Shown one piece after another: positions 12,001-23,781 of a stretch of DNA of 64,000 nt; the first letter of the stretch is position 1, and every line of letters starts with the position of its first letter. The DNA is from Azolla caroliniana. Lineage: Eukaryota; Plantae; Polypodiophyta. The stretch covers positions 806,001 through 870,000 of the forward strand of contig JBHGNT010000005.1 of NCBI GenBank assembly GCA_043228905.1. Reading direction: 5' to 3'. A program made the translations under genes and the position numbers. The notes beneath the pieces were generated by a model, which saw nothing but the letters and a program-made list of their open reading frames with translations, was not told the DNA's origin and did not search any database.

Positions 12001-15000
12001 TTTTTTACCCAATTAGGGGTTTTTTCCACGTAAAGATCTTGTGCACATTTATTTCAGTTTTCTCTATATTTTTGCTTGTGTTCCCTATTCCACATTCAAC
12101 TCGGTTGTGGTCGAATTCATGGACGAGAAGACTATTGCCTATTGGGAGGAGTCGAACACATCCTCTGCACTCGGAAGTCGACAGCCGACTAAAGAACAAG
12201 GAGACTTGATTGAATTCGGACCAGGGGATTGGTTTGGTCGGAGATCAGTCGGGAGTCGGTAGTCGAGAGTCGCACACGGTGTCGGAATTAACGAGGAAGA
12301 AGAAGGAGCCGACTCCAACCCAGATGAAGAACCAATCGACGGAGAAGAAGAAAATCCTAGCGAGCCGACTAAGGAAATTAGAGGAAGATGATACCCTATG
12401 AGAGAAAGAAGGCCCCCACGAAGATTTCCGAATAAGGAATATGTGTTGCTAACCGACGAGGGGGAGGCGGAAAGCTTCGATGAAGTAAGGAAAGACACCT
12501 ACAACAGAGAGTGGCTAAGGGCCATGCAGGACGAGATGGATTCCCAACATTAAAACCACACATATGAGCTGATGGAGTTGCCAAAAGGAAAGAGGGCACT
12601 CCGAAACAAGTCGGTGTATAAGCTGAAACTGGGAGATGGTGGGAATCCACCTATATATAAAGCCTGAATCGTTATAAAAGGCTTTCAACAAAAGAAGGGT
12701 GTCGTTTCAACGAAATATTTGACCCGGTGGTCAAAATGACCTCCATTCGAACAATGCTGAGCATAGCGGCAAGAATGGACCTTGAGGTCGAACAATTGGA
12801 CGTCAAGACAACATTCTTGCACTGTGACCTCAAAGAAGAGATCTACATGCAATAGCCAGAAAGATTCGTTCAAAAAGGGAAAGATAACCTTATGTGTCGG
12901 TTGAAGAAGAGCTTATATGGACTAAAGCAAGCTCCCCGGTAATGGTACCGGAAGTTCGACTCCTTCATGACCGATCAAGGATACCACAAGACGCAGGCCG
13001 ACCATTGCGTGTTCATGAAGAAGTTCGACAGAGGAAACTTCCTAATCCTCCTGTTGTACGTGGACGACATGCTAATCGTCGGATGGGACCGTATCAAAAT
13101 CGAGATGTTGAAGAAGGCCTTGAGTAGGTCCTTCTCAATGAAAGTTATGGGACCGGTGAGACATATCTTAGGGATGCATATAGTTTGGGACCGGACGAAG
13201 AAGTTATTGTGGCTGTCACAAGAGAAGCACATGACAAAGGTGCTCCAAAGGTTCAGCATGGAGGATGCAAAGCCGGTTGGGTCGACACTTCCGGCAAATT
13301 GCAAGTTGTTCAGGAAACAAAGTCCGAAGACAAAGATGGAGAAAGCCGAGATGATGAAGGTACCTTATGCCTCAGCAGTCAGAAGGTGCTCCAAAGGTTC
13401 AGCATGGAGGATGCAAAGCCGGTTGGGTCGATGACACTTCCGGCAAATTGCAAGTTGTTCAAGAAACAAAGTCCGAAGACAAAGATGGAGAAAGCCGAGA
13501 TGATGAAGGTACCTTATGCCTCAGCAGTCAGGAGCCTAATGTACGCAATGGTGTGTACCCGGCCGAACATCGGATATGCAATCGGAATGGTCAGCCGGTT
13601 CATGAGCAATCCGGGAAGAGAGCATTGGGCAGAGGTCAAGTGGATACTCTAATACTTGAAGGGCACCACGAGCATGTGCCTCCGATTCGGCTCCGATAAA
13701 CCCTATTGGAAGGTTTTACTAATTCGGACATGTCGGCTGGTGTAGATACCAGCCGGTTCACGTCCAAATACATCATGACCTATGCAAGGGGAGTTGTATC
13801 GTGGCAGTGGAGACTGCAAAAATCCGTGGCACTGTCGACAACGAAAGCGGATTACATGGCGGTTGTAGAAGCCGGCAAGGAAATAATCTAGATGAAGGAC
13901 TTCATTGGAGAGTTAGGGATCTAACATGAGGAATTCTGGCTCTACTACAACAATCAAAGTGCCATTCACCTTGCGAAAAACGTGGCTTGCCACTCCAGGT
14001 CCAAGCACATCCAGAGGAGATATCACTGGCTCCATGAGATCCACACGGAGGAGAACGGGTCGGACATGTGCCAGAGACGGATCAGATTGAGAAGTTGGAC
14101 ATGTGCCAGAGACGGATCAGATTGACAAGACATCCCATGCCAGAGGTAAGGGGGAGTTTGTTGGAAAAATCGGTTCCTCTAGATGGGAATCAGACGAGCC
14201 AGAGGAAGAAACCGGACCGGATGGATCCGGAAGGTATCCGCCGGATCTGGTGTGAATCAAAAGTAGGGACATATTAGTAAATATGTTTGGATGCGCCTGT
14301 TGAGGCCATATTTGTAAATAGCCCCAAAGTTATATAAGTATAAATATAACTAGGGAAATAAGATGTAGTGAGTTTTTTTTTGTACAGTGTGAGTGAGTGT
14401 TAGTCATCTCGTTGAGTGAGTTGTGGGTGTAACTGCATATAGCACGCACGAGGTTGTTGCCTCTGCAGTAGGGCAGCCATAGCTAGAGAGAGAGAGAAAG
14501 AAAAAGAGGTAGCGAGAGCTTCTCCATTGTAACCGCTTGTCGGCGAAGTGTACGAGCTCAGGTCAGTGCCTGCGAGTTTGTTCCTTGTATATTTCTCTCA
14601 TAGTGATTTGTTCAGTGTCTGTGGACACCCGTGGTTTGTTCCCCAATTAGGGGGTTTTTCCATGTAAAGATCTTGTGCACATTTATTTCGGTTTTCTCTC
14701 TATTTCTGTGTGTGTTCCCTATTCCACATTCGACTCGGTTGTGTCCGAGTTCCTGTTTATCTATCACATATCAAGGACACAGATTTTGCAGTTTTCTTAA
14801 TTTATGAGTAATTTTGAATATCAGTTGACTTTTATAGATATGAATTCCATGGAACTGTAATTTTGTGTAGAAAAACTACACATATTTTCATATGTTTTTG
14901 ACTGGTAAAAATGCTAATTATCTCCACATTTGGCTTCAATGAGGACTAAGATTTTGGAATGAAGGTGTTTCCTATTTTTAACTGGTAAATGTATGCTTGT

Positions 15001-16152
15001 ACTTCTGTTTTCAGCGAGCCCTGGTTTGGAGAGTTGTCCTCTTTGTTTACATTCTTTTCCCTCCATAGAGCGTGAATATGCAGCTTGGTCTTTGATGTGT
15101 CAATATCTTTGTTTTTAATTGAATCTAGAGTTCTATACTTATGTTTGTTTTTGTTATGCCTAGGATGTTGCACTCTTGACAGATGGGCGCTTTTCTGGTG
15201 GGTCGCATGGCTTTGTCGTTGGTCACATATGCCCTGAGTCACAGGTACCAAAAAGTCTTTTGGTATTTTAAATTCTTTTATCTTTCTGCCCAATGTCATG
15301 CCAACTGGTGATTTCCATATATCGGAGAAGAAACAAAGAAGGGGCATTTGTTTGAGTGCTTCTGATAACTAAATTACCAGATATATCCAGAATGATATGA
15401 AATAGGGTTTTAAAAATAATATTGGAAGAAACATTACGGGGTATCAGATATTGTTACAGTATCTGGAATGTTGAAAAACCAAATTGGATGAAGAAGTCTC
15501 TCTCCATGCCAAACTTTGTGAATCTTCTAGCGACTAGGTGGCATCCACTCTTTAACTTTTTGTCACCTGACTTTAAAACTAGAAATTTGGTCTTCAATGA
15601 TTCTTTGATGCAGCTCTCAAATACACTTGTGTTTGAAGTGCAACTTGTGACTGTCCAGTGCTCTATGCTTCTGTAGCCCAATGTTCTTGGTAATACGAAC
15701 TTGTATTCCATGAAAAAATATTGTGTTCAACCTCATACAGTAGTTGGACATGCAATTAAGTAAAAATGAATTTTCGAAATAACTCTCATTTCACTTCTTG
15801 AGATGATGAATTTAGATGTTCAAGATTAACCCCCAATGCAGGTAGGGGGTCCCATAGCACTCGTTCAAGATGGGGATACAATCACCATCAATGTTGACAA
15901 ACGGACAATAGACTTGGAGGTCAGTGCTGAAGAATTAGTCACTCGAAGGAATATTTGGAAAGCAAATCCTTTCAAAGCCACTCAGGGTACTTTGTACAAG
16001 GTAAAAAGAACAATGTTAAGTAATGCAAAGATATATATTTAAAAGCAAACATTCGAATCTGCTATAAGTTTTAGGTTAATTTTTTCTGTCTGGATGCGCA
16101 GTACATAAAGAATGTAAAGTCCGCGTCTGATGGATGTGTTACTGATGAGTAA
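43..16152 (+). CDS. DHAD: Dihydroxy-acid dehydratase (branched-chain amino acid biosynthesis); 5'-partial, 13 exons in the window
   Basis: Exons read with splice sites: 43-114 ([24 protein letters not shown]), 316-363, 489-643 ([16 protein letters not shown]), 1044-1238 ([17 protein letters not shown]), 1374-1485 ([13 protein letters not shown]), 1580-1649, 1820-1878 (GC donor), 1974-2097 ([17 protein letters not shown]), 8002-8072, 8153-8254 ([28 protein letters not shown]), 15164-15244 ([13 protein letters not shown]), 15842-16000 ([11 protein letters not shown]), 16102-16152 ([10 protein letters not shown]). These are IlvD/EDD family signature motifs and the spliced frame is open. Confidence 0.95.
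2254..3294 (+). pseudogene. Intragenic partial duplicate of the DHAD 3' region with decoy exons at 2542-2612, 2693-~2750 and 3220-3294
   Basis: 2254-2751 matches 7713-8211 and 2748-3294 matches 15371-15916, with scattered substitutions. The two parts are joined at an AAAT microhomology. The second decoy exon runs into a stop ([13 protein letters not shown]) and the third runs into Gypsy sequence (IDLRGFR*). Confidence 0.9.
3292..7010 (+). mobile_element. 5'-truncated, internally deleted non-chromovirus Gypsy element (gag end, PR, RT start, IN end, PPT, 3' LTR 6351-7010)
   Basis: Protease [10 protein letters not shown]; RT start PVPRAHIP...[14 protein letters not shown]...QDLQPVNK; direct jump to integrase ADRGEL...YNPEAN.VE.GH at a TCGCGGCC microhomology (~5463); GPY motif; PPT GATGGGGGCGGA; LTR TGTCGTG...CGCGACA. 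Many stops are present. Confidence 0.9.
7011..7715 (+). mobile_element. Copia RT/RNaseH fragment with a ~137-bp internal tandem duplication
   Basis: [46 protein letters not shown]. 7200-7336 is repeated at 7337-~7470. Confidence 0.85.
8321..9566. mobile_element. Non-autonomous Tc1/mariner(pogo)-like DNA transposon
   Basis: The left end TAGTAACCATTCGGTTAAGTG is the inverted complement of the right end CACTTAACCAAATGGTTACTG. Both ends are flanked by TA. There is no transposase ORF; the interior is purine-rich and carries a 35-bp tandem array. Confidence 0.75.
9265..9384. repeat. 35-bp tandem repeat, ~3.4 copies, inside the TIR element
   Basis: ATATCACTCAATGT(C/G)AAATT(G/A)GCTAATTAGCATAC at 9265, 9300, 9335, and partial at 9370. 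Confidence 0.9.
9904..10357. mobile_element. hAT-type MITE inserted in the Copia 5' LTR
   Basis: 14-bp TIR TAACAATCGGCAAC/GTTGCCGATTGTTA; 8-bp TSD GCTATATT/GCCATATT (a single GCCATATT in the uninterrupted 3' LTR); subterminal AACCG/CGGTT arrays. Confidence 0.85.
10379..11727 (-). mobile_element. Rearranged chromovirus (Gypsy) remnant: LTR 10379-10860, PPT, chromodomain, inverted RNaseH fragment and a second partial LTR
   Basis: TGTCATGA...TCATGACA LTR ends. The minus ORF 10861-11154 ([11 protein letters not shown]...YYLVDWFGY...RTWEP.ENL.NA..MV..F) is an integrase chromodomain. A plus-strand RNaseH-like piece (DHKKLTYF...[12 protein letters not shown]) lies at ~11170-11330, and an LTR copy at ~11331-11727. 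Confidence 0.75.
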
Positions 16153-16444
16153 TAATATGGAAGTGAAGGGGCAGACATTTTGGTCAAAAGGGGTATTATT
16201 CTTGTCTTTTTTGTCCTCAATTTGATCCGCATGTGGAAAGTACTTTGCTTTATTAAGTCAGATTTGTTATGCATGGAAACCATGGGAAAAATACCCAGGA
16301 CATCTATAGGTTTTAACAAAGTTTTTGTAAGGTTTTATTGCCTTTATAGGTGTATCCAACTGTGCAAGCTAATTTTTGTTTATTAGTGAATGAGATGACA
16401 ATTCCCGATTGCTAATTTGTGTGTGATGAAAGTTCTGAGTGAAA

Positions 16445-16593
16445 AATAGGAATTTGCATTTTCCCTTTCTTGAATGAATATCCATGGAATTATTGAATAG
16501 GAATTTTGAATTTTGAATTTCTTCAATGAATATCCATGGAATTATTGAATAGGAATTTGCATTTTCCCTTTATTCAATGAATATCCATGGAAT
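16445..16593. repeat. ~50-bp degenerate tandem repeat, 3 copies, downstream of DHAD
   Basis: AATAGGAATTT...TGAATATCCATGGAAT(T/G)ATTG occurs three times. Confidence 0.75.
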
Positions 16594-17241
16594 GATTGCA
16601 ATCATTTATTGATTTGTTCCAGGAATAAATCTCATCTCCTATGTTATGATTCTTATCATCTATTTGATTTGTTCCTTCTTTCAAATTAAATGGCTTGTAT
16701 CCTTATATTTCATTTCGCACTCTCTCATCTCCCTTGCTAATATTTGAAACTAATGTTTTATGTTCAGAGTGCTGGTGAATAGTTCTTAAGAGATGGTGAT
16801 AAAAGGCCAATTATGAATTGTTGGCGTCTCCAGTGTGGCTAGTATACAAACTAAGCAATACAATAAAGAAGACTCTTAGCAACCATTAAAAACTTATTTT
16901 GAAGATCGCAAGAGATAGATAGGGTTTATACATGCACAACACACACAATAATGGTTCATTGAGAATTTATCCAGTTTTTTTTCTCAAGAGACATTACTTG
17001 ACGTAAGGCTTTTCATTATAGAGTTTTTGTTAAAGGTGCTTTGCAAAAGAGTGCCCTTGTTTGAAAACTTGTTTCTACATGTTACAATTTTACAATGGCA
17101 AAGTACCTGACATTTGCATGGCATGTGAAAACCTTCATGAAGTTCGACACTCAGTTAATCTATTGTTTTTCAAATTTTACAAGTCTCAAAACATCAAGCA
17201 AAAGGTTCTTTCATTTGTTAAAGTTTTAATTTTTATATTTG

Positions 17242-17324
17242 AATGATAAATTCAATTATAAAGTTATATTTTAATGATAAATTCAATTATAAAGTTATAT
17301 TTTAATGATAAATTCAATTATAAA
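17242..17324. repeat. 31-bp AT-rich tandem repeat, ~2.7 copies
   Basis: AATGATAAATTCAATTATAAAGTTATATTTT at 17242, 17273 and 17304. Confidence 0.85.
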
Positions 17325-17690
17325 TTCTTCTCTGATCGGTTTCTAGAAGTAAATTCATAGCTATTTTGCATTTACATAAGAGGTAAGTCAGAATGGTTGT
17401 CGGTAGGGGTTGAATGAGTATAGAGAGATTTTATTATTATTTTCGGAAATGAAATATGTTGTGATTGAAAGCGACATCTTCTTGAAGTGTGTCTATATTA
17501 GTGACCGTGGATGTTTGAGAATTTTATTAATGAGCATTGCTATTGAGAGTGCACATTGTGATTGCGAGGGAAATGTGTAATGAGTGGAAAGTAGAGGTGG
17601 AGCATAATAGCAAAGAGTGTTAGTCGTATTTATGCACTATTAATAATCAAGTCACCACATGTATCTCAGTGTGTTGTATCACATTGAAGA

Positions 17691-20600
17691 TGTTGGGATT
17701 TCGGTCCCTCCGGACGGGATGTCTCCGGAGATAAATGACGGCAAGCCCGGTTGCGGTTACGGAACCAGATGATGAAGAGTACCGGGCATGAAGCCGGATG
17801 AAGTGTACCCGGATGCGGATCCGGATGGTGAAGAGTACCCGGATACGGATCCGGATGACGAAGACCCCGGATACGGAGTCGGATGACGAAGACCCCGGCT
17901 ACGGAGCCGGATGATGAATGTACCCGGAGAGAGATCCGGATGCGGGGACATATTTGTGAATATGTTTGCCAAGGGCCCTTGAGGCTATATTTGTAAATAG
18001 CCCGAAAGTCATATGTGTATAAATATGACTTAGGGCAAACAGTTTATGTTGTTGCTTATTTTTCTGTTTTTCCACTCAAGAGGAGTGAAGAGAGAGCAGC
18101 CGAGAGTGAGAGAGAGAGAGAGAGAGAGAGAAACGAGGAGGTCGTTGCCTCTGTGTATTACCGCCGCCTGTGGCGAGGACAGTGAGCTCAAGGTCGTCGC
18201 CTTGCAGCTCGCCATTGTATACTTCTCTGTATAGTGTTGGTTTGGAGTCTTGTACTCCCGTGGTTTTTCCCGTTTAGGGTTTTCCACGTTAATCCCTGAG
18301 TTATCGTGTCTTTCTCTGAGTTTCCTATTTTCTGTTGCATTGATTCGTGATTTCTCGGTTGTGGCCGAAACGGTGAGGGGAATCGAAGCGTTGATTCGCA
18401 ACAAAGTGGTATCAGAGCGAGGTTAACACAGAAAATGGAAGGCGGCGGTAGTGGGCCTCCGGGCATGATGGTGCTGAACTCACAGAACTACGCCGACTGG
18501 AAGATAAAGATGGAAGACCTTCTCATCGTCCGAGACCTGTACGAACCGATCGACAATGCCGAGATACCCAAGGGGGTAATAGAGTCGGAGTGGAAGCTCC
18601 TCAACCGGAAAGCCGTAGCGACGATCCGGCAATATGTCGATGTAAGTGTCCTGCAACATGTGGCGAACGATACGAACGCCTACGAGATGTGGCGGAAGCT
18701 GTCCGGACTGTATGAGAGGAAGAATGCTCTGAACCGGACCTCCCTGATGAGGAAGATAGTAAATCTCAAGTACCGGGACGGCGAGAGTATGGTGGAACAC
18801 GTAAGCACGTTCATGGGATTCGTGAACCAGCTTGCGGCGATTAAGTTCCCGTTGGAGGATGCAATGCAAGCCATCATCCTGATGTGTACATTGCCGGAAA
18901 GCTGGGAGAACTTGGTGGTGACTCTCAGCACCTCGTGCACAGAAGATAACTTGTCCTTGCAAACGGTAAAGACAAGTATTTTGAACGAAGAAGCGCGTCG
19001 GAGAGATAAAGAACCGGCCTCCGACACGAAGGCGCTGCTTACCGAATCGGATCGGGGAAGACAATGGAACCGGAGTCCGCAAAGACGGGAGAAGTCGGGG
19101 ACCCGGTCGTAGTCAAGAGGAAGGCCTACATGCTTCCACTGTGGGAAGCCGGGGCACTTCCGGAAGAATTGTCGGCATTACCGAAAGGACAACGGAGCCG
19201 ACGACACCGATTCGAAGAAGTCACCGGAGAGAAACGGTGCATACCGGGGAGCCACGGACCGGAGAGGTTCGGATCGGCGAGGGCAGGACCGGAAAGGAAC
19301 AACGGCACTCGCGGCAAGTGAGGAAGAAATCATGCTCATCACCGAAGAAGGTGAACTAAACGTTGCCGGCAATGAGACGACCTGGGTGGTCGATTCCGGA
19401 GCATCGTTCCACCTGACCCCGGAGAGAAGATACTTCTCATCCTACACAGCCGGTGAGCATGGCTGTGTCCGGATGGGAAATGAAGGTACATGCCGGATTG
19501 CCGGCATAGGAGACGTGTGGCTGATGACATCAACCGGATGCAAGATGCTGCTGAAGGATGTTCGACACGTTCCGGAGGTTCGATTGAACCTGATTTCGGC
19601 CGGGAGGCTAGACGATGAAGGCTACATGGGTAGCATCCGGAACGGTGTTATGAAGTTCAGCAAAGGGAGCCTGATAGTGGCTCGGGCCCGGAAAGTCAAC
19701 ACTCTGTACCTGATGAATTCCCGGCTATGTCCGGAGGAGCTAAACGTGGCAGCTGACACTGCCGGTGAGCTATGGCACAAGAGACTGTGCCACATGAGTG
19801 AGAAGGGGATGAAGAGGCTTGCAGAAGACAACCTCATTCCAGTGAAGCACGTGCGTCTGGAGAAGTGCACCGATTGCCTGGCCGGTAAGCAGAACCGAGC
19901 CTCCTTCCACTCAAGGCCACCGACGAGACGTAGTGCACCACTGGAGTTGGTGCACACTGATGTGTGTCAAGTAGAAACGAAGTCACATGGCGGAGCCCAG
20001 TACTTCGTGACATTCATTGATGACCACAGCCGGAAGCTGTGGACGGCACCGTTGAAGACAAAGGACCAAGTATTGTCCGTCTTCAAAGAACTCCACGCGA
20101 GAGTGGAAAGAGAATCCGGCAAGAAGCTGAAAGCGATACGAGCGGATAACGGAGGAGAATACCGAGGGCAATTTGAGGAGTATTGCCGTTCGATGGGAAT
20201 CCGGCTCGAGTTTACCGTGCCGAAGACGCCGGAACTGAACGGGCTGGCCGAGAGGATGAACCGGACCATAATGGAGAGGGTCCGGAGTATGCTGGCGCAT
20301 GCGAAATTACCCAAGGGGTTCTGGGCTGAGGCGATGTCGACGGCGACATATGTGATAAATAGATCACCCTCAGTACCTTTGGACGGAGACACGCCGCAGA
20401 AAGTGTGGACCGGTAAGGAAGTGTCCTACCGGTACCTGAAGGTGTTCGGGTGTCTCGCATACGTGCATGTGGCAAAGGACCGGAGAGGAAAGCTAGATCC
20501 AAAGACCCGGCCATGCATATTCCTCGGTTACGGCGACGATGAGTTCGGCTACCGAGTATGGGACCCGGTCGACAAGAAGATATTCAGGAGTCGAGATATC

Positions 20601-23204
20601 ATCTTCATGGAGGACAAGACACTCGCCGACTGGGAGTCGGAGAAGAAGATGAAGAGCTCCAAGTCGACTGGTGAGGATCAACTCTACAAGGAGCAGTCCC
20701 GACCGGCAAGGGACCGGTTAGCACTCGAGGAACCGGCCGAAGAAGATGAAAATGATATCGGAACCGGCCCCGATCCCGAAATGGATTCGGATGAAGAAGA
20801 ATCGGAAGAACCGGTTACCGAAGCTCCGGAACGGAGATATCCTCTAAGAGAGAGAAGGGCCCCCCGGAGATTTCCGGAACCAGAGCACGTGCTGCTAACC
20901 GACGAGGGGGAGCCGGAGAGCTTTGAAGAAGCAAAGCATGACACCAAGAGCCGCAGGTGGTTGAGTGCCATGCAGGACGAGATGGATTCCCTGCATGAGA
21001 ACCACACATATGAACTTGTGGAGTTGCCGAAAGGAAAGCGGGCACTTCGAAACAAGTGGGTGTTCAAGCTGAAACCGGGAGATGCCGGAAACCCCCCGAG
21101 ATACAAAGCCAGGATCGTGGTGAAGGGGTTTCAGCAGAAGAAGGGCGTCGACTTCGACGAGATATTTGCCCCGGTAGTGAAGATGACCTCCATCCGGACG
21201 GTGCTGAGCATAGCGGCAAGCATGGACCTCGAGGTAGAACAGATGGACGTGAAGACGGCATTCCTTCACGGTGACCTCGAAGAAGAGATATACATGCAGC
21301 AACCGGAAGGATTCGAGAAGAAAGAGAAGGAGCACTTGGTATGCCGGTTAAAGAAGAGCCTTTATGGTTTGAAGCAGGCTCCCCGGCAGTGGTACCGAAA
21401 GTTTGACTCCTTCATGACCGATGAAGGGTACCACAAAACGCAGTCCGACCACTGCGTGTTTGTGAAGAAGTTCGACGGAGGAGACTCTCTAATACTCCTC
21501 CTGTACGTGGACGACATGTTGATCGTCGGACGGGACCAGGTCAAGATACGGATGCTGAAGAAGGCTCTTCACCGAACCTTCTCAATGAAAGACCTGGGTC
21601 CGGCGAGGCAAATACTAGGGATGCACATCATCCGGGACCGGAAGAAGAAGCAGTTGTGGCTGTCACAGGAGAAGTACGTGACAAAGGTGCTTCAACGGTT
21701 CAACATGTCGGAAGCAAGACCGGTCGGATCGTCCCTCCCGGCAAACTGCAAGTTATCCGGCAAGCAAAGTCCCAAGACAAAGGCTGAGAAGGAGGACATG
21801 ATGAAAGTACCATATGCCTCTGCCGTCGGAAGCTTGATGTACGCAATGGTGTGTACAAGACCGGACATAGGATATGCAGTCGGAGTGGTGAGCCGGTACA
21901 TGAGTAACCCCGGCAAAGAGCACTGGAACGCGGTCAAGTGGATACTCCGATACCTGAAGGGCACGGCAAACGTGTGCCTCCGATTCGGCTCCGGTAAGCC
22001 CGAACTCGATGGATTTACCGATTCGGATATGTCGGCTGATGCAGATACCAGCCGGTCCACATCTGGGTATGTGATGACGTATGCAGGGGGAGCTGTTTCA
22101 TGGCAGTCGAGGCTGCAGAAGACGGTTGCACTGTCAACCACGGAGGCGGAGTACATGGCGGCTGTTGAAGCCGGCAAGGAAATAATATGGATGAAGGACT
22201 TCATTAGAGAGCTCGGTATCCGGCAGGAGGAGTACCGACTCTACTGCGACAGTCAGAGTGCCATCCACCTTGCGAAGAACGCGGCCTATCACTCCCGGAC
22301 GAAGCACATCCAGCGAAGATATCACTGGATCCGGGAAAGGATAGAAGACCGGGAGTTCGTGCTGACGAAGATCCACACGGACGAGAACGGGTCAGATATG
22401 CTGACCAAAGTGCTCACACCCGACAAGCTAGAAGCGTGCCGGAAGAGGGTCGGACTGGAAAGACATCCCATGCCGAAGTGAAGGGGGAGTTTGTTGGGAT
22501 TTCGGTCCCTCCGGACGGGATGTCTCCGGAGATAAATGACGGCAAGCCCGGTTGCGGTTACGGAACCGGATGATGAAGAGTACCCGGCATGAAGCCGGAT
22601 GAAGTGTACCCGGATGCGGATCCGGATGGTGAAGAGTACCCGGATACGGATCCGGATGACGAAGACCCCGGATACGGAGTCGGATGACGAAGACCCCGGC
22701 TACGGAGCCGGATGATGAATGTACCCGGAGAGAGATCCGGATGCGGGGACATATTTGTGAATATGTTTGCCAAGGGCCCTTGAGGCTATATTTGTAAATA
22801 GCCCGAAAGTCATATGTGTATAAATATGACTTAGGGCAAACAGTTTATGTTGTTGCTTATTTTTCTGTTTTTCCACTCAAGAGGAGTGAAGAGAGAGCAG
22901 CCGAGAGTGAGAGAGAGAGAGAGAGAGAGAGAAACGAGGAGGTCGTTGCCTCTGTGTATTACCGCCGCCTGTGGCGAGGACAGTGAGCTCAAGGTCGTCG
23001 CCTTGCAGCTCGCCATTGTATACTTCTCTGTATAGTGTTGGTTTGGAGTCTTGTACTCCCGTGGTTTTTCCCGTTTAGGGTTTTCCACGTTAATCCCTGA
23101 GTTATCGTGTCTTTCTCTGAGTTTCCTATTTTCTGTTGCATTGATTCGTGATTTCTCGGTTGTGGCCGAAACGGTGAGGGGAATCGAAGCGTTGATTCGC
23201 AACA
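17691..23204 (+). mobile_element. Full-length, very young Ty1/Copia LTR retrotransposon (Tnt1/Tork-like)
   Basis: 713-bp LTRs at 17691-18403 and 22492-23204 (TGTTG...CAACA; only 2 differences seen by eye), GAAGA TSD, PBS TGGTATCAGAGC (tRNA-iMet) at 18407, PPT AAGGGGGAG. Confidence 0.97.
18435..22481 (+). CDS. Copia gag-pol polyprotein (gag, CCHC, PR, GAG-pre-integrase, IN, RT, RNaseH) interrupted by one in-frame TAG at 19110-19112
   Basis: ORFs 18435-19112 and 19332-22481 share a frame, and the gap is open (CFHCGKPGHFRKNC). Motifs WVVDSGAS, LWHKRLCH, LELVHTD, NGLAERMN, YVDDML, ALSTTEAEY. Confidence 0.92.
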
Positions 23205-23781
23205 GAAGAGAATGAGAGCTAAGTCATATCGAAACAATGATGGTGGGGCTCAAGCCTTTTCATGCACATAATCTTAAAGGCAACATGTATCTTGAGTAGA
23301 AGAAACTTTATCATGACTTGAAGCTTTACAAGAAAATTTGTGTGGACATTTTCTAGCTCTTTGTGGAAGTGGATGTGATTCCACTATTGCCCCATATGTC
23401 AAACCCCTAAAGAAACATTGGTATTACCTAAAGTATAATAGATGTTTCTTGAGAACACAATAACTGTTTTTATCTCACTGATAATTGTTCCTAGTGTATG
23501 GTAATTCCTCTTTCTTACCTCATTTCATTTATGACTAGAGGGAACATTAAACACCAGTATTTAAAGCTTTGTATAGTTAGAAGTAACCCATTATTGTAGG
23601 CCATGCATGGTTTATCCTTACTATCAAGTCTTCACAAGAGGCCACTTACTATGCAACCAAGAGTGTAGAAATACACTACTAAGCTTTAGGGTTTAGGGTT
23701 CAAGTATTTGTTTAGAGGTTGTTTAGCTTTAGGATATGGCTTTTTCTTACGTGTTTTTATGTTCTTGGTGTAATTCCCTTC

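Larger units (their letters stand above)
9759..14766 (+). mobile_element. Decayed Tork/Tnt1-like Copia element (gag-PR-IN deleted) in a DHAD intron
   Basis: CATAT TSD on both sides. The 5' LTR starts at 9759 and is interrupted by two insertions. 3' LTR 14159-14766 follows [20 protein letters not shown] and RNase[10 protein letters not shown] carry stops and frameshifts. It is homologous to the element at 17691. Confidence 0.9.
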
